Shown here: in pieces, positions 45,526 through 58,460 of the stretch
How positions within the stretch are numbered: the stretch's first letter is position 1
Layout of the letters: each line of letters begins with the position of its first letter
Assembly: GCA_951406725.2 (NCBI GenBank)
Contig: OX597832.1
Coordinates: 19,530,001 to 19,594,000, forward strand
Direction: 5' to 3'
Origin: Octopus vulgaris
Taxonomy: Eukaryota
Length of the DNA: 64,000 nucleotides
The notes under the pieces: generated by a model
Databases searched by the model: none
What the model saw: the letters and a program-made list of their open reading frames with translations, nothing else
What the model was told of the DNA's origin: nothing
Translations under genes and position numbers: made by a program

Positions 45526-45690
45526 TATGTATACATTATTTATATTATTTACAATTGACGGATATTTGTCCTCATCTTGTTTGTTGTTAACACGTTTCGG
45601 CTTATATTCCCTTCGGCCTTCATCAGGTGTCTTGGGGGAAATTTCGAACCTGGGTTCTCATTCTTAAGGTATTTTTCGATGTTGTTGTTG

Positions 45691-45773
<83 letters not shown>

Positions 45774-45790
45774 GGTCACTTCCTGGAATA
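45526..45790 (-). mobile_element. Hammerhead element copy (35136 family), truncated near the B box
   Basis: Co-linear with 35136-35326 including aggtcac..tggaat; 3-nt deletion removes the cleavage triplet. Confidence 0.8.
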
Positions 45791-45808
45791 ATAATAATAA
45801 TGATGATG

Positions 45809-45897
<89 letters not shown>

Positions 45898-46111
45898 TAT
45901 TATTATTATTATTATAATAATAATAATAATAACGAAAACAACATCGAAAAATACAATAGGAATGAGAACCCAGGTTCGAAATTTCTCCAAGACACCTGAT
46001 GAAGTCTGGAAGATAAATCAGCCGAAATGTTGTGTTAATAACAAGCAAATCCGTCAATTGTAAATAATGTAAATAATGTACATAATTTCTCATCTCTTAA
46101 ATGTAGAACTG
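45791..46111 (+). mobile_element. Hammerhead element copy (35136 family), headless, inverted relative to 45526-45790
   Basis: (AAT)n then gacac-CUGAUGA-ag..cagcc-GAAA-ug-UU-guguu at 45991-46036; tail tgtaaataatgtaaataatgta. Confidence 0.8.
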
Positions 46112-46140
46112 TATATATGTGTATGTATGCATACACACAC

Positions 46141-46541
46141 AAGGCAGCGAGCCGGCAGAAACGTCACCAAGCCGGGTGAAATGCTTAGCGGTATTTCATC
46201 TGTCTTTACGTTCTGATTTCAAATTCCACTGAGGTCGACTTTGCCTTTCATCCTTTCGGGGTCGATTAAATAAGTACCAGTTACGCACTGGGGTCGATAT
46301 AATCGACTTAATCCGTTTGTCTGTCCTTGTTTGTCCTCTCTGTGTTTAGCCCCTTGTGGGTATTAAAGAAATAGGTATTTCATCTGTCTTTACGTTCTGA
46401 GTTTAAATTCGCCCAAGGTCATCATTGCTTTTCATCCTTTCGGGGTCGATAAATTAAGTACCATTGCCTACTTGGGTCGATCTATTCGACTGGCCTCACT
46501 TCCCCAAAATTTCGAGCCTTGTGCCTCGAGTAGAAAAGAAT
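46141..46541 (+). mobile_element. SINE-B dimer (tail 1 unit plus headless tail 2 unit)
   Basis: Same junction aaagaaata|ggtatttc at 46373/46374 as at 38006. Confidence 0.9.
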
Positions 46542-46607
46542 ATATATGCACACACATCATACACATAGATGCAGATACAACGATATATATACCTTAATAT
46601 AAGTTAC

Positions 46608-46674
<67 letters not shown>

Positions 46675-46675
46675 T

Positions 46676-46875
46676 TTGACCTCGTGTGTAACGTTGGCGA
46701 TTTTTTTCCTCTGTCTTTCCTTCTCTGGATCTTTCCTTTCCTATGTTTCCGACGAAGAGCTCCGCTCGAAACGTTAAACCCTCCTTCTTACCTTCTTTCC
46801 TGAGCGTCCAATAATACTATATATATGTTCCACGTCCTCGCGTTGTTGTGCTTTTTTGTGCTTTCTTGTTTGGAT

Positions 46876-46880
<5 letters not shown>
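46676..46880 (+). mobile_element. About 200-bp pLTR-like repeat with minimal hammerhead, flanked by (TA)n on both sides
   Basis: guuu-CCGACGA-a-gagc-ucc-gcuc-GAAACGUU-aaac at 46745-46779; second copy at 13393-13591. Confidence 0.72.
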
Positions 46881-46918
<38 letters not shown>

Positions 46919-47440
46919 GCGTATACATGCATGCTGACATAGATGCTTAACAGGACATGAGATCAAGTGGAATACAAAACCCATTAAACACAGATTTTAG
47001 CGGGCAGGGAGTTCAGTTGATGCGCGAATCGAATACACTTCGTTGACATTGGATATGGATCGGGCACACACACACACACACACACATACACACACACACA
47101 CACACACGTGTATATGCTTGCTTATATTTTCATAGATGCAGATTACATATTGCACATATGTATGTACATTCATGTATACATAAGTATATATATGTGTGTG
47201 TGCATCACATGTGTACACACACACGTACACATATATACATATGAGAGAGAATGAGAGGCAGTGGGGAAGCAAGAGGGAGAGGGTGAGAGTGAGAGAGAAG
47301 GGGAGAGAAAGACAAAGACATAGAGACAAAGAATCAAGGAAAACAACACACGTATGTATATCTATATAAACACACTGCATGTACATCTATTCTGTGCGTA
47401 CGAGACGGTAAATACAAAAACGAATATCTTTCTCACCCTT

Positions 47441-47483
<43 letters not shown>

Positions 47484-50165
47484 ACCAAACACGGAATTAT
47501 GTATACGATGTATCTGGTAGGGGTGTATGTATACGCATGTGCATTTATGCATTTATATAAAGTGTGTATAATGAAATGTACCATTTGTTCATTAACCTGT
47601 CCGACATTCACTTAATGTTTATATTAGCGGACATATTTACAGAGCATTTTAAATGTAATTACATTTGTCTTTTAGGTTTCAATTAGCAAGCTGGGAACGG
47701 ATACTAATGGACAAACAAGCAATTTGCGATGCGATTAATGCCAACTACTCAAAATCTCTCTCCCATTTGTGTGTTTCTCTCTGCATGCATCTGCTTATAC
47801 GTAGATAAATCTGTCCATCTATCTATCCGTCTGTCAGTCTTTCTCGCTGTCTGTCTGTCTGTCTCTCTGTTTGTGCGCTCGTGTGTGTGTGTGTGTACAG
47901 AGAGAGAGAGAGAGAGGGGAGGGAGAGAAAGAGACTGATATATAGGTAGATAGATTGGTATATGATGCTTTGCAAACAGCTTGCACATGCAAGTGCTACG
48001 AGTCGAAAGCTCCGCATACCGGAAGCCAGTAAGTGTATGGGGGTCATCAGGAGAGAATGTGCGTCGTTTCTGGGCCTACCTCTCATACATGCATACATAG
48101 ATACATACATACATACATACATACATACATACATACATACAATGCATACATGCATACGTGCATACAATGATGCATATGCAACCAAGGTACCTACGCAACT
48201 TTGTTCAGCAATATAAAACTTAATATCTGTATCGTAAATGAATGACAGCATTGGCCATATGAGCATGTACGTGCGAGCATTTATATATATATGCGTGTGT
48301 GTGTGTGTGTTTGTGTATGTGTGTGCATGTATGTGTATGTGTGTGTGTCTGTGTGTGTGTGTGTGGTGTTGTGTGTGTATATATGTATATATATATGTAT
48401 GTATATATGTGTATGTGTTATATACATATTTATGTATGTATGTGTGTATATATGTATGTACGTGCGTGCATTGATATATATATATATATATATATATATA
48501 AAGGAACATTTGAATTTCATATTTCTCAACTTGTTTACGTCATATAAATTTACTATCACATATGTATGAATAATCTACATAGAATAAATTTCTCCATTTT
48601 TGATACTTATAAAGCTTCGAAATGCTTTATTCGAATTCATCACCTTTTCAGAACGAGAATGTGTCCCGATAAGTAATCCATATTTTTATACATATTTCCT
48701 AAATACCATTTTTTTTTCTACGTAGACCTAGCGAACGCACGTGAGTAGGTATCTGCAACAAGAGGTGAAGTTGAGGGTGCCGAATCGAGACTTGAAAATG
48801 GATTTCAGCTCACAGTATTTTAGAAGCCATTTGAAAAGGAATGGTTTTCTTTCTAAGCTTTGAGCTGAGTGTCTTCAATAGCAATAGCCATAGCGCCTAA
48901 ATATATGGTGCCGAGTCACAGCGAATATAATATTATCAGAAAGCCCCAAAACGAAGCTTTACGGAACAGCTGAAATATTTGATAGCACTGGTAAGTGGAG
49001 CAAAAGACCTCCGAGATAAAACCAAAGAGGAAAAGATAATATGAAAAAAAACTTATGAAGATAGGTGAAAACTTTTAGGCCATATATTGAAAAGGCTGAG
49101 GAACGTTTGACAATGCAAGCCATGGTTTGGAAACCAGGGAGTAATGTAATGCTGTTTATCTGATAATCATGATGAAAATCGCAGAAGAGAAACAGCATTG
49201 TACTGAGGTAACAAAGAATTAAGTGCAAACAAATGTACATGATGGAAGGCGTTTGAAACTGCTGTAGAGAGCCGCTTCCATCGGCATGGTGATGACGATG
49301 ACGACGATGATGATGACGACGATGATGATGATGATGATGATGACGACGACGACGACGATGCCGATGATGCAGTATTGGCATTATTTCTATTACGTCAACT
49401 TTTCCATGTTTGCATGAGTTGGAAGGCTTTAAAGACGAATGACCCCCCTCGCTCTTTTTTTCTTTTGTCGCCGGATAATTTAAATCCCTGATACTACATA
49501 AAGGAACATAGGGTACCTATTCGAAAACTGAGATACGTAGACACTTACGCACACACACACACACACACTCTTCCTCTCTCTCCCCCTCTCTCTCTCTCCT
49601 ACATACACACACATGCACCCATTCATTATACGCCTGTGTGAGGATGTTTTTAGAAGTGGCGACATACATACGAAACGTCTTCTCCACTTCACCGGAAACC
49701 AACACAATGCCCTCGTATTTCTCCCGATTCTCAGAATTAACTCAGAGCTAGAAGTTCAGCGACCTTGCTTATGGATGTCTGAATATACCAACATTTTTCT
49801 TTTTCTCTTTCTTGTTTTTATGAAGCTACAGAAGGGAATATGAGTGTCTAGTTTTGCCCCAAGTTTAGGGATGTACGATTAGGGGCGACCGGAAGCTATA
49901 CCATACAATAAAACCATAGTCATTACGAACACCTCATTAAATATCTTCAACATCAATAGCATTGTTACAATTGATGATAGCGATCCGTGATCAAAGGTGT
50001 TACGAGCGCAAACCGTCACCTTAAAAACATGGATCTGGGACAACATAACGTAATGTGTATTTCTTTTCCTTTTCGCTTCTTTTAAGGATATAGTATATAA
50101 TTTAAGGATGGTCTGTTCACAACACTGTACATAAATTATATTTCATTACGCTTTGATGGATATAC

Positions 50166-50319
50166 GCGCTGGCTTGGTTGAGTGGTAAGCAACTTGTTTC
50201 CCAACCACAATATTCCGGTTTCAGTCCCACTAGGTGACACCCTGGGCAAGTGTTTTCTACTATAGCCTCGGATCGAGTGGTTTCATTAGACAGAAACTGG
50301 AAGACGTGTGTGTGTGCAT

Positions 50320-50393
<74 letters not shown>

Positions 50394-50590
50394 ACGCCTT
50401 TGAGTTTGTGTTTGTTACCCACCAATGCTTGACAACCGGTCTTGGTGTGTTTACGACTCCGTAACTTAGCGGTTCGGCAACTGGAACCGTTAAAATAAAA
50501 ACCAGGATTTTAAAAATGTATGTCTTGGTGTCGAGCCATTCGATCCAAACCCTTCATGGCTGCAGTATAATGACTGAAACAAATATAAAT
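50166..50590 (+). mobile_element. Diverged SINE-A with (TG)n
   Basis: ttcagtcccac..ctgggcaagtg..gtaacttagcggttcggcaa..tgactgaaac. Confidence 0.82.
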
Positions 50591-50885
50591 AAATAAAATA
50601 TATAAGTTAAACTAAACAAAAACAAAAAGACTTGGTGAAGATATTTGCCGAACCACTAAGTTACTGGGACGAAACCAAGCCAATATCAGTTGCAAAGCGG
50701 TGCAAGGGAAAACACAGACACAAAGACACTCTCATAGCCAATTGCCATTTTTTTTTTAATGTGGGGGGGAAAATGTGAGAAAAGCTATAAAATAACAGAG
50801 CATTCGGTCATTTCTTGACCTCACACCCAAATCAAAAGTTCTCTCTCTCTCTCTATCTGTTTGTTTGTCTATATATGTCTTTCTT

Positions 50886-50917
<32 letters not shown>

Positions 50918-51058
50918 TAGAGATTCAAAACGGAGAGAAGCGAAAGCTGGATCGAGAGAAAAAAGAGAAAGAGGAAGGGTGTGTGTATGTATATATGTCT
51001 ATGTGTGTATGCGTGCGTATGTGTATAATTAAATACGTGTAAATGTATATGTGTACAT

Positions 51059-51093
<35 letters not shown>

Positions 51094-51339
51094 CATACAT
51101 ACATACACATACACACACACAAACACACACAGAGACAGACGCATAAATACACGTGGGGTGGACTGGGAGATATTTAGGTGGAGACATAGAAAATGTACCC
51201 GATATAAGAGCTGACCTTTTCTTGTTGTTACGGGTGAGAAGCTGTGACCTTAACTCACCTGTACAGAGAAACTAAAATTTTACCTGCTCCTCCTGTTTCT
51301 CTCTTTCTCTCTCACCTTCCTTTTATGCATCTTTTATCT

Positions 51340-51740
51340 GTTATCTTGAGACTGCGGCCATGCTGGGGCAATGCCCTGACGATTTTTTCCGGTCGAATGA
51401 ATCAAACCCCACTATTTATATTTTGAAACGCGGGACTCATTCCATCGATGTGATACAGAGACGTAAACACGCTAACATCGGTTGCCGTGCGGTGGAGGAG
51501 GACAAGCTCAAAGAAAGACACATAAGGGCGAGCGTATATATATATATTGTTTGTTTTTTTATTTGTTTCAGTCATTTGACACCGCACTTAATCAAACAAA
51601 TCGAGCCAAGGAGTTATTCTTTGTAAGTCTAGCATTTATTCTATCGGTGTGCATTGCCGAACCTCTAAGTTATGGGGACCAACACCGGTTGTCAAGCGAT
51701 GGTGGAGGGACAAACACAGACACACAAACATATATGTATG

Positions 51741-51801
<61 letters not shown>

Positions 51802-51960
51802 TTCTATATATATATACAAAGGGATTCTTTCAGTTTCCCTCTACCAAATCACAAGGATGCAAATTTTTTACTACGCTTCTACTGGAGTCGTGTTTTTCGC
51901 CTTAACCTTTGACGTCGGTGCCGCAGCATGACCAGAGTCAAGTGACTGAAACAAGAAAAA
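51340..51960 (-). mobile_element. Two degenerate minus-strand SINE-A fragments plus a plus-strand tail fragment
   Basis: About 51340-51535 and 51555-51850 on minus; 51880-51960 on plus. Confidence 0.7.
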
Positions 51961-51969
51961 GAAAAAAGA

Positions 51970-52377
51970 TAGGAGTGGCTATGTGGTAAGTAGCTTCTTT
52001 ACGAACAACATGGTTGCGGGTTCAGTCCCACCGCTTGGCACCTTCGGCGAGTGTCTTCTACTATAGCCTCAGGTCGACCAAAGCCTTGTGAGTAGATTTG
52101 GTAGACGGAAACTGAAAGAAGCCCGTCGTATATATGTACATATATGTATATGAGTGTGTGTGTATGTGTGTGTGTGTTTGTGTTTGTCCCCCCCAACATC
52201 GCTTGACAACCGATGCTCGTGTGTTTGCTTCCCCGTAACTTAGCGGTTCGGCAAAGGGCCAGATAGAATAAGTACTAGGCTTACAAAGAATAGGTCCTGG
52301 GGTCGATTTGCTCGACTAAAGGCGGTGCTCCAGCACGCCCGCAGTCAAATGACTGAAACAAGTAAAAGAGTAAAAGA
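51970..52377 (+). mobile_element. Full-length SINE-A
   Basis: Co-linear with consensus. Confidence 0.92.
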
Positions 52378-52392
52378 ACAGGTCTATATATC

Positions 52393-52452
<60 letters not shown>

Positions 52453-53269
52453 TACACACACACTCGCACAGCCACTTTCATATTTATAGTAGCATGTAAG
52501 CGACATAGACACACAGCTATAGACACACGTGGGAGGAAAATACCAAAATCAAAACACAAAAAGCAACAACTTCGGGCTCGTACGAACCCACACATTCACA
52601 CATACATTTCACAGACACACAAGCACACACTCACACGCTCACACACACACATATGTACACCTGTACACACGTGTTAGCGATGGTATAGATGCTGATGAGA
52701 ATCATGACATATATAGGTATAAAGGGCAAAGGACAGTGGACAGTGGACAGTGGGACAGAGTGTGGATGACTGTGTCATTGAAGAAAGAGAGAAAGGGATA
52801 TGTTTGCGAGAGGGAAACACAGAGAGGGTGCGACAGAGAAAGAGAAAGAAAGAGAGAGCTTGAAAGGGAAGGAGAGACAAAGGGGGATGGTGTGAGAAGA
52901 GTGTGTTAAAAGGGTGAGAAAAACAACAATAATAAAAATAAGGACCACAAAAATGTAAATAAATGAGTAAATAAATAAATAGGGGAAGAAAAAGGGCTGT
53001 GTTATATAGGTGTCTAGGACCAGGAGGGTTGCTCAGGTGAAAAAAAACAGTAGTAGGATTGGGAGTGGTGGGGGTGTAAATGGTGATGTTGGGTTGAGAT
53101 GGGATTGGCGGCGGAGGAGGTGTTAATGGTGGTGGTGGTGGTGGTGGTGGTAGGGGTGGTAGTGGTGGTGGTAGGGGTGGTGTTATTGGCTGTAAGTTGT
53201 GTTTAGTCAGCAGCAGCGTTAGCACCTGTATATAGGTGAATGCTCTAGGTGCGTGTGCGCACATATACT

Positions 53270-53300
<31 letters not shown>

Positions 53301-53373
53301 ATATATACATCTCCAGCGTTAGAAGCTGTGCAAAGGCAATAATAATGACGATGATGATGATGATGATGATGAC

Positions 53374-53467
<94 letters not shown>

Positions 53468-53743
53468 TGAATATGAATATGAATATTGTTATAATTGTAT
53501 CAGTGCGCACTGGATAAAATATTGGTCATGTATCGATCGCATTTATAAAATCGGTTATCGTTGCTCCTAAAATGGATTTAAAACCTTCAGCCTTGAATTT
53601 GTGGAAAACCATTGTAAGGTTAACGAATTTTTTCTGAAACCGAAACTTGAAAGTCCCTCTCCAAATATGCATTCGATTAACCTTCATAAAAACAAATCTA
53701 AACATATAACTATATTTATATCTATCTATCTATCTAATTTAAA

Positions 53744-53957
53744 TTTATATTATTTACATTATTTACATTTGACGGACATTTGTTCTCATCATGTTTCTTA
53801 ACACAACGTTTCGGCTGGTATACCCTCCAGCCTTCAACAGGTGTCTTGGGGAAATTTCGAATCTGGGTTCTCATTCCTAAGGTATTTTTCGATGTTGTTG
53901 TTGTTATTGTAGTTGTTGTTATTATTATTATTATTATTATTAATATTATTATTATAA
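53744..53957 (-). mobile_element. Hammerhead element copy (35136 family), headless
   Basis: Minus: gacac-CUGUUGA-a-ggcugg-aggguaua-ccagcc-GAAACGUU-guguu (53845-53800); 6-bp stem II. Confidence 0.8.
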
Positions 53958-53958
53958 A

Positions 53959-54121
53959 GGCGTAGGAGTGGCTGTGTGGTACGTAACTTGCTTACCAACC
54001 ACATGGTTCCGGGTTCAGTCCCACTGCGTGGCACCTTGGGCAAGTGTCTTCTACTATAGCCTCGGGCCGACCAAAGCCTTGTGAGTGGATTTGGTAAACG
54101 GAAACTGAAAGCAGCCCGTCG

Positions 54122-54170
<49 letters not shown>

Positions 54171-54386
54171 TTTTGTGTGTCTGTGTGTGTCCCCACCTCA
54201 CCAACATCGCTTGATAACCGATGCAGGTGTGCTTACGTCCCCGTAACTTAGCGGTTCGGCAAAAGAGACCGATAGAATAAGTACTGGGCTTACAAAGAAT
54301 AAGTCCTGGTGTCGATTTGCTCGACTAAGAGCGGTGCTCCAGCATGGCCACTGTCAAATGACTGAAACAAGTAACAGAGTAAAGAG
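53959..54386 (+). mobile_element. Full-length, near-consensus SINE-A
   Basis: ggcgtaggagtggctgtgtgg...gtaacagagtaaagag. Confidence 0.95.
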
Positions 54387-54439
54387 TGTAAAGTTATCGC
54401 GCAGTATCAAATATCGTGATGTTGTTAATTGAATATGTT

Positions 54440-55410
54440 GTGTCTATCGGAGGTTTGTACTGTTTGTCAAGTCACAAGGACCTGAAACAGACACTACTTT
54501 ACGCAATGTTCGTGCAGTTCGAAGCAATGCCGATTTTTTACAAAACATAGAGTGTAGGGTATTGCTAAAGTTTCCAGATGTTTCTTCAAGTTGGTATTGA
54601 AAGCGGCGAGCTGGCAGAAACGTTAGCACGCCGGGCGAAATGCTTAGCGATATTTCGTCTGCCGCTACGTTGTGAGTTCAAATTCCGCCGAGGTCGACTT
54701 TGCCTTTCATCCTTTCGGGGTCGATAAATTAAATACCAGTTACGCACTAGGGTCGATGTAATCGACTTAATACCTATGTCTGTCCTTGTTTGTCCCCTCT
54801 GTGTTTAGCCCCTTGTGGGTAATAAAGAAATAGGTATTGAACCCAATGCTCGGATGACAATAAATACAATCTTTATATTTGACTCTCGCAGCTGCTACAT
54901 CTTGGTGATCGCAATTCTCAGGTCTCCATATTTATCAGTGGCTTCTCTTTCTTTCATGATAAACTGCTGATCTCATAGCACCGCAACGTCGATCGTTAGG
55001 CACTCTTGTTTGTCCCACTTAAAGGTTACTATTCTGGCCTTCGATGTTCTAACATCTTGTCTGTCTGGTAGTCAAAGTCGCAGAGGATTTTGCTTTCCCC
55101 TTTTCGTCCATTACCTGTTCTGATGTATGTTGGTTCAAGCAGCCGTTATCTCGTATCCGTACTTCCGGCATAGTAGCCAGTGAAGATTTTGCTCTCCCTT
55201 GTCGTGTTTGCGCTTATACTTTTTTTGTGCAAGACTTTCACAAGTACTAACAATAAGAGTCACGCTTTCGACCCTCTTGCTACACATTCTTCGGATGTCC
55301 ATAGCATTTGTTTGGTATATATCTCTTTTCACTGAGTTGGTATTCAATGCCTGATCCTCGGCAGCAATGATTAGGCTTTTAATCTTCTTTCTTAGGTAAC
55401 CCTTGCTGAA
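54440..55410 (-). mobile_element. R4/Dong-type (restriction-like endonuclease) non-LTR retrotransposon 3' relic
   Basis: Minus translation LIIAAEDQALNT..CESLAQKKYKRKHDK..LHWLLCRKYG..DFDYQTDK..IDVAV..KYGDL..ALGSIP..KSALLRTARTLRKV, the typical knuckle-RHD-PD..D C-terminus; frameshifted. Confidence 0.8.
54602..54832 (+). mobile_element. Young SINE-B monomer (tail 1) inserted in the R4-type relic with 9-bp TSD
   Basis: ggtattgaa at 54593-54601 and 54833-54841. Confidence 0.93.
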
Positions 55411-55514
55411 AAAAAAATAAACTTTATTATGTTACATAAATCAGTACAGGATCCTTTTTGTGCAGACTTGACCAGTAAGAAATAGTAGTCTATTGTCTCT
55501 CGAAATAATCTCGA

Positions 55515-55723
55515 CTACTCTAGGCACAAGGCCCGAAATTTTGGGGGAGGGGGCCAGTCGATTAGAACGACCCCAGTACGCAACTGGTACTTAATTTATA
55601 GACCTCGAAAGGATGAAAGGCAATGTCGACCTCGGCGAAATTTGAACTCAGAACGTAAAGACAGACGAAATACCGCTAAGCATTTCGCCCGGACTGCTAA
55701 CGTGTCTGCCGGCTCGCCGCCTT
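55515..55723 (-). mobile_element. SINE-B monomer, tail type 2
   Basis: Minus: aaggcggcgagccggcag...ccccctcccccaaaatttcgggccttgtgcctagagta. Confidence 0.92.
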
Positions 55724-56089
55724 GAATACATTGAGTAATGTCAAATACACGATATTTCTCCATAGTTAACTGTCTGCCAGTTTTGTCCTAACCTAGGGTT
55801 AAACAACGTTTCCAATAACAGTAATACATAGAGTTGTGGTTGTCGTTTACCACAGGTAAATGATGGAAATGTAGATAGCGGTGATAGGATATAAAGATAA
55901 TGATAGAGACGGAGAGGCTGGTGGAGATGGAGATGATGGTGTTGTGGGGGTCGAGGAAGTCGTCCAGGAAGACATGGTTGAGGTGTCGCTGGTGGGGAAG
56001 ATATTGTGACACTAGCTAGAAGAGGAAGGGCAGAAGCAAGTAACAATAGGTATATGTACGAATTTGTGTGACCGCACGCGTGTACTTGA

Positions 56090-56141
56090 GTGTTTGTGTG
56101 TGTGCGTATGTGTGTATATATATATAACATATATATATATA

Positions 56142-56207
<66 letters not shown>

Positions 56208-56422
56208 GAGAGAGAGAGAGAGATAGAGATACATACATACATATAATACATATATATATATATACACACACATTCATATACACACACGCACATATATATA
56301 CACACAAACATATTCATACATATAGAAACATACATAAATAGATACACACACACATATATATGTATATATGTGTGTGTACATATATATATATATTATATAT
56401 ATAGAATATATATGTATATATG

Positions 56423-56513
<91 letters not shown>

Positions 56514-56611
56514 TTACATGCATACACAAACACATTGATGGATTCATGTTTGTATGTATATATATATATATATATATACATGTATATTGGGAATGAACTA
56601 ATGTTTGTTTG

Positions 56612-56674
<63 letters not shown>

Positions 56675-57256
56675 TTTTCTTGAGTTATACGTTCTTGTAT
56701 ATATATATATACGTACATATCTATATATATTATATACACATATACATCTATATGGCATATATACACATCTATATACACATCTATATGGCATATATACACA
56801 TACATGCGTGCGTACGTATGTGAGTCTCTATGTACAGTATGTATGTATTATACATAAATATGTTGCTGTCACAGGTGTGTTTATACGTAGGTATATGTAC
56901 GTGCACGTGAGAAGTGTTTCAGTATTTAAGTGTGAACGTGTTAGTGCGTGCTGGAAGCTTTATGGGCGGGAGCCGGGTGAAGGTGCGAGACGAAGGGGAG
57001 CAAACCCCTTGAGTAAAAGGGGACTCTAACATCAGTGTAAAGGTTTGTGGGGTGGGGTGAAGGGGATTGTCGCATGTTTAGGTGAACTTCAGCGCTTTAG
57101 GCTAAAAACAAAAAAAGAAAATAAATATGAAATTAATAAAATAAATAAATAAATATAGCATAAAAAAGCAAAGAAAAGGAAAAACATTAGGATCTGAAAG
57201 AGAATAATGACCGTGGGAAGAATCATTATCCAGCTTCTTAACAAGACATGAGCAGC

Positions 57257-57330
<74 letters not shown>

Positions 57331-57647
57331 GTCTGTCTGTCTATCTATCTATCTGCCTACCTACCTGCCAGCCTGCCTGCCTATCTACCTACCTACCTAC
57401 CTACTTACCTATGTATCTGTCAAGCGAGGATATTCTCAATTTTACTCTCTCTTAATGTACATTTCTCTCTCATCATCTGTGTCACTATCTCTGGCTCTCT
57501 TTCACTCCTATTCCTCTTCCCTCTCTCTCTCTCTATATATATATATTTATGTATGTATGTATGTATGTATGTATGTATGTATGTATGTATGTATGTATGT
57601 GTGTATGTATGTATGTATGTATGTATGTATGTATGTATGTATGTATG

Positions 57648-57737
<90 letters not shown>
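56090..57737. repeat. (TA)n, (CTAT)n and (TATG)n blocks with short unique spacers
   Basis: Direct reading. Confidence 0.85.
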
Positions 57738-57742
<5 letters not shown>

Positions 57743-57968
57743 GTAAATGCAATGTGTGACAATTATTCGGTAGCCATGATAAAACTCCAAGTTTCGGATG
57801 TAGAGGTGGAAATCCACACCACCATCTCTTCAGTTATCAGGTCATCGGAAACATGCTATGATGGCCGGATAACTGAAGAGATGGTGGCGTGGATTTACAC
57901 CCCTACATCCGAAACTTGGAGTTTTATCATGGCTACCGAATAATTGTCACATATTGCATTTACAGATA
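57738..57968. repeat. Fold-back inverted repeat (about 109-bp arms, 13-nt loop) with a hammerhead in each arm
   Basis: Plus 57868-57928: gauaa-CUGAAGA-gaug..cauc-cGAAAC-uugga-GUU-uuauc; mirror copy on minus 57838-57778. Confidence 0.85.
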
Positions 57969-58075
57969 AATTCCTCTATTTACAAAGTTTTGCGGTCTCT
58001 TTCTTTCTTTGTTGTCTTACCATTTTTATCAGTATATATATATATGTGTGTATATATATTATGCACACACACATA

Positions 58076-58185
58076 CAATGCAGTCCTACTGCATTGCATC
58101 TTGGTCAAGTGCTTTCTACTATAGCCTCGGGCTGACTAAAGCCTTGTGAGTGGATTTGGTAGACGGAAACTGAAAGAAGCCCGTC

Positions 58186-58241
<56 letters not shown>

Positions 58242-58460
58242 GTGTGTGTGTTTGTGTGTCCGTGCCTGCCCTCCCTCCACTATAGCTTGACAACCGATGT
58301 TGATGTGTTTATGCACTCGTCACTTAGCGGTTCGGCAAAAGTGACTGACAGAATAAATACTAGGCTTACAAAGAATAAGTCATGAGATTGATATGTTCGA
58401 CTAAATGCGGTGCTCCAGCATGGCTGCAGTCAAATAACTGAAACAAAAAGAACAAAAAAG
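58076..58460 (+). mobile_element. SINE-A, 5' truncated
   Basis: Co-linear with consensus. Confidence 0.88.

Noticed and set aside
48655-48960. Possible mariner 5' end (gtcccgataagta..ATGgatttc)
   Set aside because: No second TIR or catalytic motif found
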